From NCBI RefSeq assembly GCF_030684315.1, contig NC_081358.1, forward strand, positions 39,805,979 through 39,869,978: a stretch of DNA of 64,000 nucleotides, given 5' to 3'. The position numbers were made by a program, and so were the translations under genes. The DNA comes from Stegostoma tigrinum. Taxonomy: Eukaryota. The notes under the pieces are model-generated. The model did no database searches, was not told where the DNA came from, and saw only the letters and a program-made list of their open reading frames with translations. Shown here piece by piece: positions 25,392 to 35,089 of the stretch (positions within the stretch are counted from its first letter, which is position 1; the number at the start of each line of letters is the position of its first letter).

Positions 25392-25789
25392 AGCTTTTGT
25401 GCTCCTGAGATGCTGCTTGGCCTGCTGTGTTCATCCAGCCTCACATTTTATTAGCCAAGATCAGTTGTCACTGTTTTAATACGGACATTTTCCAAACAAA
25501 CATTTAATGAGTCTTTAACAAACCTATGTTCCTGACAGTGTAGCGAATTCAGTAACCAAGTTCAGATTTGTTCTTGATAGAAATATGACTTCTGTTATTT
25601 GCAACTATATTGACAATAAGCACTTCTTGTTTGTCTAAATTTATTCCAAAGAAAATTGCTTGCATTTTAATTGAGGAATGTGCAATAATTTTCAGTAGAT
25701 GGATTTATGCTTACTGACATCAAGTTGTACATAAAATTCTTGTTTGCTGCAATCTGGTCCATGGAAATCATGTATGAGCAATAAATCTT

Positions 25790-26550
25790 TCACATGATTT
25801 GCTTATTTTAACTGCCTCCATTCGTCTTGTGCTGAAATCCTCACCTATGTCTTTGTCACATCTGCAGCTGACAATTCTAATGGTCCCTTGGCTGGATTCT
25901 TATCTCCCACCCACATAAACATTGGCTTGTTGAAAATCCTGTTCCCCACCACCCTCTCTGCTCACCTATATATTGACACTAACTGCCAATCAACCGTCAT
26001 CTCTCTGCTTGCTAGCTTAACACTAGTTCTCGATCTAGCAATGCCCTGGTTTTAAAGCTCTAAATTGTAGTTTTCAAACCTCTCCATGGTCTCACTCTCT
26101 TCCTATCTCAATAACCTGCCTTAGTTTGACAAATTTTGGAAGTCTTTCTGGTCCTCTAATTCTGATGTCCTGTGCTCACTGAATATTGATCTATTAGTGG
26201 GGCTATAACTTCAGCTACTTTAGCTCTAGCTTTGAAAGTACCTCTGTAAACCTATCGACCTCTTCACCACTCATCTGGGCCCGAAATGTCAGCTTTTGTG
26301 CTCCTGAGATGCTGCTTGGCCTGCTGTGTTCATCCAGCCTCACATTTTATTATCTTGGAATTCTCCAGCATCTGCAGTTCCCATTATCTCTGACCTCTTC
26401 ACCACTCTCACTTTAGGATTTTTTTTAAAAACAACTTCTCTGACCAGACTTTTTGGTTTCTTTGGTAGGTTAGTTTCAAATAATGTTAGATAATATTCAT
26501 GTGAAGTGCTTTGGAATGTATCCATGCATTAAAGGTGCTATATAAATGCA
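25790..26550 (+). mobile_element. Decayed L2-type LINE 3' end
   Basis: CTCACCTATGTCTTTGTCACATCTGCAGCTGACAATTCTAATGG resembles LIHAFVTSRLDYSN; tail AAAGGTGCTATATAAATGCAAATTGTTG. Confidence 0.6.
26273..26391 (+). mobile_element. Solo PLE 3' terminus insertion, truncated within HHR stem II
   Basis: Near-identical to the terminus of the 20973 element. 16-bp TSD GACCTCTTCACCACTC at 26257-26272 and 26392-26407. Confidence 0.9.
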
Positions 26551-26640
26551 AATTGTTGTTTGATGTTATTGCTGCCAAATCCCAGCATTAGGCAGCCTCT
26601 TAGCCCCTGTTACCTACTCATTTTGTTTTTTTCCCAACAC

Positions 26641-26643
<3 letters not shown>

Positions 26644-26700
<57 letters not shown>
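26644..26700. repeat. (TG)28 microsatellite
   Basis: Perfect TG run. Confidence 0.98.
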
Positions 26701-26702
<2 letters not shown>

Positions 26703-26944
26703 AATCCTTGCCTGTTTCTCTCAAGCAATTCTAGCTCACTGCTGCTTCTTGGTTCCAGTTGTTGGCTGCAAAACTCTGCCTTCTAAGCTTGTGTTCTGCT
26801 CATCTATTCTCTTATACTGAAAAGGACATGCTCTGATGTTCAATATTGTGTTGCCTGGGCGACAATGCAGTATTTCTCTAACTGTTAATGATAACATTTT
26901 ACTTTCATTTATATGACCATTTTAACATAGCCAGTTCACATGAG

Positions 26945-28600
26945 CATTCATAGAGTCATATAGTATGGAAACAGGCCCCTTTGCCCAGCTCGACCATGCT
27001 GACCAGGTCACAAAAACTGAACTAGCCCTGTTTGCCTGTATTTGGCTCACATCCTTCTAAACCTTTCCTATACATGTACCTGCCAAATGTGTTTTAAATA
27101 TTGTAACTGTACTACTTCTGGCAGCTCATTCCATACAAGCACCACCTTCTGTGTGGAAAAAGTTGCTCTTCAGGTTCTTTTTTAAATCTTTCCCCTCTCA
27201 CCTTAAACCTATACCCTCCAGTTCTGAACTCCACTACTCTGGCAAAAAGACCTTGGCCATTTACCTTATCTATGCCCCTCACGAATTTATAAACCTTAAT
27301 ACGGTCATCCCTCAGCCTCCTTTAGTCCCAACCTACTCAGCCTCTCCTTTTAAATCGAACCTTCCAGGCTCTGTAAAGTCCTTGTAAATCTTTTTTTACA
27401 CCCTTTCCGGTTTAATAACATCTTTCCTATAGAAGGATGATTAGAATTGTATGCAGTACTTCAAATGTGGCCTTACCAATGTCTGGTGGAGTTGTAACAT
27501 GACATCCCAACTCTTGTATTCAGAGCTCTGACTGATAAAGGCAAGCATGCCAAACACCTTCCTCACCTCCCTGTCTACGGGTGGCACAGTGGCTCAGTGG
27601 TTAGCACTGCTGCTTCACAGCGGCAGGGACCCGGGTTCAATTCCAACCTCTGGCAATTGTCTGTGCGGAGTTTGCATATTGTACCCATGTCTGCATGGGT
27701 TTCCTCCAAGTGTTCCGGTTTGAGCTCTCAGTCCAGAGATGTGCAAGTTAGGTGGATTGGTCAGGCTAAATTGCCCATAGTGCTGACGGATGTGTAGATT
27801 AGGTGGGTTATGGGGGGATGGTAATGGGTGGGATACTCTGAGGTTCAGTGTGGACTCTTTGGGCTGAAGGGCCTGATTCCACACTGGAGTCATTCTGTGA
27901 TTCTACCTGTGATGCCACTTTCAAGGAACTATGTGCCTGTCTCTCTGTTTGACAGCTCTACCCAGAGCCCTGTCATTAACTGCATAAGTCCTGCCCTGGT
28001 TTGTATTACCAAAAAGGCAAGAAATCATGTTCATCTGAATTAAGCTCCATCTGTCATTCCTTGGCCGAGTTGACCCAGATCCTGTTGTACTCTTAGATAA
28101 TCTTCTTCATTGTTCACCATACCAATAATTTTGTTGTCATCCATAAACTTACTAACCATGCCTCCTTTTTTCTCATCCAAATCATTTATATAAGTGATGA
28201 ACAATTGTGAACTCAGCACTAATCCTTGTGGCACACTGATCACAAGCCTCCAGTCTGAACAACGACCTCCTACCACTATCCTCTGTTTCTACCATCAAGC
28301 CAGTTTTGTATCTAATTGACTAGCTCTCCCTGGATCCCATGTGATCTAACCTTACTAACCAGCCCACCATGTGGAACCTTGTTGAACGCCTTGCTGAAGT
28401 CCATGTAGACAAGTTTTGCCGCACTGCTTTCATCTATCATCTTGGTCACCTCTTCGAAGAAAAACTCAATCAAATTTGTGCGACATAATTTCCCATGTAC
28501 TAAGCTATGTTGACTGTCCCTGATCAGTCCTTGCCTTTCCAAATGCATGTGGATCCTGTCTCTCAGAATCCCCTTCAACCAATTACCCACCACTGACACT
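26945..28600 (-). mobile_element. Decayed CR1 LINE
   Basis: Minus-strand fragments [21 protein letters not shown] and SKFMDDNKI; CR1-type tail at ~26945. Confidence 0.88.
27579..27901 (+). mobile_element. HE1-like tRNA-derived SINE, full length
   Basis: A box TGGCTCAGTGG (27590-27600), B box GGTTCAATTCC (27634-27644) and a CR1-like 3' tail. Flanked by TCTAC, inside a CR1. Confidence 0.9.
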
Positions 28601-28844
28601 GACAAAGGCCCATTGGTCTGTAGTTCTCGGACACAATTTGACTTTGTGCCACATGAGATATTAAGACAAGTGACCATAGCTTTTTGAAAGGTAGATTTCT
28701 AGAAATGTTTGAAAGGAGGAGAGAAAACTATGAAAGCAGAGTGGTTTCGTGTGGAAATTCTGGAACTTAAAGTCTAGGCAGTTGAAATACAGTTATTCAT
28801 GCCGGTGGAATCAAAATCAGGATTTATAAATAATTCAGTCATAG

Positions 28845-31460
28845 GACCTGGGTATCACTGGCTAGGTAGAATTTATTGTCCATCCCTGATTGTCATTGAT
28901 AAGGTGGTGGTGAGCTTCCCCCTTGAACCACTGACATCCATAGAATGTAGGGACGCCCACAGTGCAGTCAGGAAGGAAGGTCCAGTCCTTTTGACCCAGC
29001 AGCAATGAATGAACGGTGATATGGTTCCAAGTCAGAATGGTGTGTGACTTGGAGGTAACTTGCAGGTGGTGGTGCACCCAGGCATTTACTACCCTCATCT
29101 TTCTGGCTGGTAGAGTTTGTGGCTTTGGAAGGTGCTGTCTAAGGAGCCTTGAGGAATTACTGCATCTTGTAAATGGTATGTGCTGCTGCCAGTGTGTTGG
29201 TGGTGAAGGGAGTGAATACTGAAGGTGTTGGATAGGGTGCTGGATGGGTGCAAAGCTTTTGAATATTGTTAGAGCTGCATCTATCCAGGCAAGTGGGGAG
29301 GATTCAATCACATTCCTGACTTGTGTCTTGGGAATGGCAGACATGCTTTGAGGAGACAGGAAGTGAGTATTTGCCTCAGGATTCCTAGCTTCTGACCTGC
29401 TCTTGTAGCCACGTATTTACGTGGCTAGTCCAGCCCAGTTTCTGGTAATGGTGTCCCTACAGTGTTGAAAATGAAGTATTCAACAATGGTAATACCGTTG
29501 GAGGTCAAGGGCCGATGGTTAAATTCTCTCACTGGAGATAGTCATTGTCTGGTACTTGTATGACACATGCCAGTTGAGCTAGAATTTTGACAAATTTGAA
29601 TATGGACTGCTTCAGTATTGGAGGGGTCAGAGGTCATTGATGATGTAGCTGAAGATGTTGGGACCAGAACACTACACTGAGGAATCCTGCAGTGATGTGG
29701 TGACTGACCTCCCAACAACCATAATGATTTTTCTATGTGCCAGCTATGACTCCAAGCAGCAGAGATTTTTTTCCCCTGATCCCATTAACTCCAGTTTGCT
29801 TCTTGAGGCTATACTTGATCAAATACGGCATTGATATCAAGGGCAGTCACTCTCACCTCCCCTCTTTTTTGTCCATTTTGAATCAAAGCTCAAATGAAGT
29901 CAGGAGATGAGTGGTCCTGAAGGTACCCAAATTGAGTGTCAGTGAGCATGCTTTTGCCAGGCAAGTGCAGTTTGATAGCACATGTTGACACGTCATTTAG
30001 TCAGGCTGGCATTCCATTTTTTTAAGGAATTTCTGGTGCTGCTCTTAGCATGCCCTCCTGCATGCTTCATTTCACAAAGTTGATCCCCGATTTGACTATA
30101 ATGGTAGATTTGGGGTATGCTGTGCCATGATTTTGCAGATTATGTTTTAGCACAGTGCAGGTCCTGATAGCTCCTGAATGCCCATTCTTGAGTTGCTGGA
30201 TCTGTTTCAAATTATTTAGCCTGGTGCTAGTGCCACGTCACATGGTGGAGGGTGCAGTCATTGTGATGCTGGGTGTCATCTCCACAGGGACTGTGCAGTA
30301 GGCACTCCTACTGTAGATGACACAAAGCTGGGTGGGAGGATGAACTGTGAGGAGGATGCAGAGATGTTTCAGTACGATTTGGATATGATGAGTGAGTGGA
30401 CAAAGATGAAGTGTAGTGGGCATAAATGTGAGATTATTCACTTTGGTATCAGAAACAGGAAGACAAGTTATTATATGAATGCCTATAGGTTAGGAAATTA
30501 ATAGATGAAACAAAATCGAGGTGTCTTTGTTCACCAGTCACAAAAAAGTAAACGTGCGGTTGCAGTATTGCGGCAGTGAGAGGATTCAAATGCAAGAGCA
30601 AGGATGTCTTGCTACAACTGTACTGAGCCCTGGTGAGACTATACCTGGAGTAGTATGTTTAGTTTTGTTCTCCTTATCAAAGGAAGAATGCTTTGGTGTG
30701 GAAGGAATGGAACAAAGATTTGCCAGACTGTTTCCTGTGATGGCAGGACTGACTTATGAAGAGAAACTGGATCCTTGGGTCTGTATTCACTTGAGTTAAG
30801 AAGAATGAGAGGAACATCTCCAAAACCTATAAACAGGGCTCAACAGTGTAAATGCAAGAAGGATGTTCCCGATGACCAGGGGAGTCCAGAATCAGAGATG
30901 ACAGTTTAAGGATATGGATTAGGCCATTTCGGATTGAGTCGAAACTTCTTCGCACGGAAAGTGGTGAACATGTAGAATTCTCTGCCACAGAACATGTTGA
31001 GGCCAAAACATTGAATGTTTTAAGAGGCATTGGATATTGCCTTAGGGTTAAAGGGGATAAAGGGTGTAGGGAGAAAGCAGGACCGGTTCGTGAGTTGGAT
31101 CATCAGCCATTAGAATAGTGAATGGCAGTGCAGGCCCAAAGGGCCAAATGGCCTACTCCTGCTCCTGTATTCCATGATTCTATGTCTGCTGATACTTGCC
31201 ATGGACAAATGCATTTGTGGCAGGCAAGCTGGTGAAGATGAGGCCAGGTATAGTTTTATTTTCTTCTTCTTTCCCTCACTTCACGACTTAGACAGACCCA
31301 ATCAAGCAACTATGTCCTTTAGGACTTGATCAGCATCCCCTGTAGGTTTGCTGCCAAGCACTGTGATGGACATTGAGGATTGCCATCAGAGGCATTCTGC
31401 TTCCTTGCCACCCTCATGTTTTCCTTCAAGTGGTGTTCAATATGAAAGTGTACTGATTCA
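28845..31460 (-). mobile_element. Decayed non-LTR LINE (CR1/L2 group), interrupted by a CR1 at 30315-31185
   Basis: KTQVRNVIESSPLAWIDAALT (RT C-terminal region). Its 3' end recurs at ~3220-3410 (+) and ~60000-60130 (-). Confidence 0.65.
30315..31185 (+). mobile_element. Decayed CR1 LINE 3' part
   Basis: GATGACACAAAGCTGGGTGGG (DDTKLGG) and EQRFARLFPVMAGLTYEE; tail GGGCCAAATGGCCTACTCCTGCTCC. Confidence 0.85.
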
Positions 31461-34036
31461 TCAACCAGTGGTTTCAAGCAGAAAACAGACAATGGGCAAG
31501 GGTTTTAACCCCCACAATATTCACTTGTGTGCAGTTAAAACTGGGCCCTTTTAAAAAAATTTTGACTGTCTGCAGTGCCAGTGAAATTAGTTAGTTGTAT
31601 TAAAATTGTTGATAAAATGTTAGTTATGATCATTAAGTTTTTTTCTTTTTTATAATTAAACTGTTAGTGGGATTATTTAACAGTGTTTTAATTTTATTTT
31701 TATTGATCATTTGCATGTTTTTCCTTTTATGTGTGATTAAGTATAACATTTTCTTACTGTTATATTTTGTAAGAATGCCATTAGTTTTGGTATACATAAT
31801 GCTGGACCCTGCTGTCTACCATATGCAATACTTACATCAGTTTATGACGATCGCGTCATTCATGCAATTATTTGCAATATAGTGACTTGATTGTCGAGCT
31901 CTTGCCATAATGACTTAAAACTAGACTTAGAAATAAATTAAAATTGCTTCATAAAACAATCTAATTCTCTATTATACTGCGTAATTTCTTTTCTCCCTCT
32001 TCTGATAATTAGATTTAATTACATTATCACCACAAGTGGTTGAGAGATTTTCTTCAGATAAGTTTACATCAATTTAATCATCTTTGTCATATATCATCCA
32101 GTTTTATGTTTAACCCGGTTTAAAAGCACACAAATGGATTGCAGTTTAGTTGAACACAAAGTAATAAAAATTTAAATGGAATGGATATGTTTGTGAAAAC
32201 TACAGACTCAATTATCAACTACATCCACACAGCAGTGCAAAGTTTTGAATAAAGCAATAATTAGGTTGAAGATGGATTGAACTTAAATAAGATGAGGAGC
32301 TAAAGATATTCTGTTAAATCATTCTATTTCAGTTGCCATGAGATCCTTTAAAGCTTCTTGGCAAAGGGGTTTGACATTAAGGAAGGTAATAAAGTTTGAA
32401 GAATAATCTGTGGTGATAACATTTGATATAGGTGCAGGAATTCTGTTATGTCTGCTTGGTTATATTCTTCATATTCAACTATTCCTTGTTACCAAAACTT
32501 GATGTAGCTGTATATTTAATCTAGCCAATCTGTTCCTTGTCAGTCATTTCTCCCTCCTATGCCGTCCTGAAGGCACAGACCAAGACTGAATGGGATCTTT
32601 GCTCATTTGTAAAATATATTAATCTCTGACCCAAGTGTTACAACATTAAGTAATCCATAGGAAGTGTTGTTGCCCAGATTTTCTGAAGTTTGCTGCTTTT
32701 GAGCAAAGATACGTAGTGAGAAAATGGTTGGCTGATTCTAAGCAGTATGAGGTATATCAGAATTTGTACTGTCCAGTATTCTCATTCTTAAACCTTTAAA
32801 CAAAAATTAGTAGAATAGCAATATCAACTGCTATGTTATATAGTAGAAGTCTAGTTTGAAAATTCTTGATAGACATTCATGGTTAATGGGTTGCTGCTTT
32901 AAGTAGAAGTTCTTTTAATAATATTGTGGTTCACCAGGTTACCACTGTTTCTCCTGAGAAGCAGAGTTGGTGGTACAAGTTCCGCTCCATTGCCTTGAAC
33001 AAAACATATAGACTTACCCTGCATGAAGATACTGCTGCACTGTCTGAGGGTCTGTTTTTCAAAATCTCTTCTCATAAATGGTCAGACTAGTCAGCATTAC
33101 CAACCTTGAACAGGTTCTGCTTTCATGAGCATTCTGTGAATTCTTATTACAACCCAATCTGCTGGAATTATGCTGACAGATGCAATTTAATGATCCTAAA
33201 ATGGGCTGTATATGTGCTTTGCAGTGTAGACAGCACCCTCCCAGACCTGGTGAATCCAGTGCTTTATCAATTTCTCAAACAAACTGACGTGTTGCATGAA
33301 TGGCAGCACACTTTTGATTTAAGTTCCTCACATTCTCGATTCACTTTGTATCAGGTTTCCACATTTGGACTCATTTCAGAGCTAAGGGTGAAGGCTGACT
33401 GGCCCACTGGCCCGCCACAACGATGCAGTGTGCTGGCTTATTCAAGCACTACTCTTTCAGGGCAGGCATGTGTGCCTCAAATAAACAGTAGATTCAACTT
33501 AAAGTGGTCATTAAATAAAAGGGAGGTACAATTTAAAGGGGGGATTAACAGCAGAGATAAAGAAAAAGGTGTGCAGAATGCAAGGTGAATCTGTGGAGAG
33601 CAAGTTACAGAGCAGCAGTGTAGGGAAGCATCCAGGGCAATAGAGGATGCAGCTATGATTTCACAGGGGAGAGTCCAAACCAGATGGGCAACAGAGACAA
33701 TGAGCAGTGGAAGCTGGAAATTAGGAGTGCAGAACAATATGAAATGATTTGGAGAGCTGAGGAAGGAAATAAAGCAGCAAAAGGGGTGGAGAGGAGACAG
33801 CGTGATGTAAGGGTCAGTTTTGACATTGGGAACTCAATGGGTGTAGATTCATGGAGTAGGAAAATAATGTCGAGGGAAATGTAAAAAGGGCCCAAATTTA
33901 TAGAGGCTAACTCTAGAAAGACAAAGCAGACACGAGAGGAGATATCAAGGCCATCTAAAGAATTTATAGGGAGACTGTACCTAAAAAAGGGAAGGGTACA
34001 GGAGAAAAATTGTAAGTGAAGTTAACTACCACCATG

Positions 34037-34129
34037 CTCTCTGATGAAGGGTCTAGGCCCGAAACGTCAGCTTTTGTGCTCCTGAGATGCTACTTGGCCT
34101 GCAGTGTTCATCCGGCTTCACACTTTATT
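34037..34129 (+). mobile_element. Solo PLE terminus fragment with an intact HHR core (34041-34068)
   Basis: CTGATGAAGGGTCTAGGCCCGAAACGTCAGCTTTTGTGCTCCTGAG...CACTTTATT; no clear TSD. Confidence 0.85.
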
Positions 34130-35089
34130 CGCATGTTGTCACACACTGTTTTCCTCTGAAACAAGGAGGTGAGGTACGCAGTGCAAAAGGGAAGGCTTCC
34201 AAATGCGTTTACACTTGCTTAGGTAGGCATGTAGACTCCCAAAACAGGCAATTCAAAGTGAAACTCCAGAAATCTATTGGGTGAACAGTCTTGTTCTTTT
34301 GCAACGAAGGTAAACTGTGATCAGAAATTCAATGCCACTAATGCCTCAGTGTTAAAATTGCTGTCTTGCAAGCTACATTTTATTAATTAATAATATTTTA
34401 CAAGAAGGACAGCTCACAGTAAGCAGCAGTGCTGATATTGGATATTTAATGCCAATTCACCCATAAACTACCATTCAAAGGCCACTGCATTTTTAAATTA
34501 ATGTGATGGGGAGCAAATGTTTATGTAAGCAGAACTTTAAATGTAGGTGTTTGAGCTTAAGAGGGGCAGCACTGGTCACGTCAAAATATTAATCACATTC
34601 ATGAAAATCAATGTTAACATTAAACAGCACAGAGATCTGGCACATGTCAGCCAGGGAAGGACCAGTCATGGGTTGTAGAAAATGGGCCTCTCCATTTATA
34701 GGTGATGGTACATCAGTTTTTCACCCAAAACAGGATCAGTCAGAGAACGGTGAAATGGGTATGTTCACTATGTTGAGATCTTGACTGGAAAGCATAGACC
34801 ACAATCTACATCTCTCTTCACAGATGCAGACCTCTGTATCAGATATCACAAGCACTAGACCTAACAGCTGCTTGATTTGGGAAATGGTGTAATGCCTATG
34901 GTGCTGAGGTCAGAGCTGCATTGAACTCCCTTGTCACCAGCTCTTTACAAAACTCAACTGGGGACACGGGTGGCATTTACCAGTCAGTAACCCACAAGTG
35001 TATTTGTGGATACTCTTTGCTTGAAAGCTACTCAGTTTGTGATGGTTCGGACAACCCAACTACTAGAGCCTGGAACATTGTGTTGTAGA

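Larger units (their letters stand above)
20973..25453 (+). mobile_element. Penelope-like retroelement (Neptune-type), near full length, with 5' inverted pLTR-like segment
   Basis: Flanked by the 15-bp direct repeat GCCAAGATCAGTTGT (20958-20972, 25454-25468). Contains an RT+GIY-YIG ORF. 21015-21875 is the reverse complement of 24517-25453. Confidence 0.95.

Noticed and set aside
27579-27650. tRNA gene
   Set aside because: The A/B boxes belong to a SINE head followed by SINE core and tail; no full cloverleaf.
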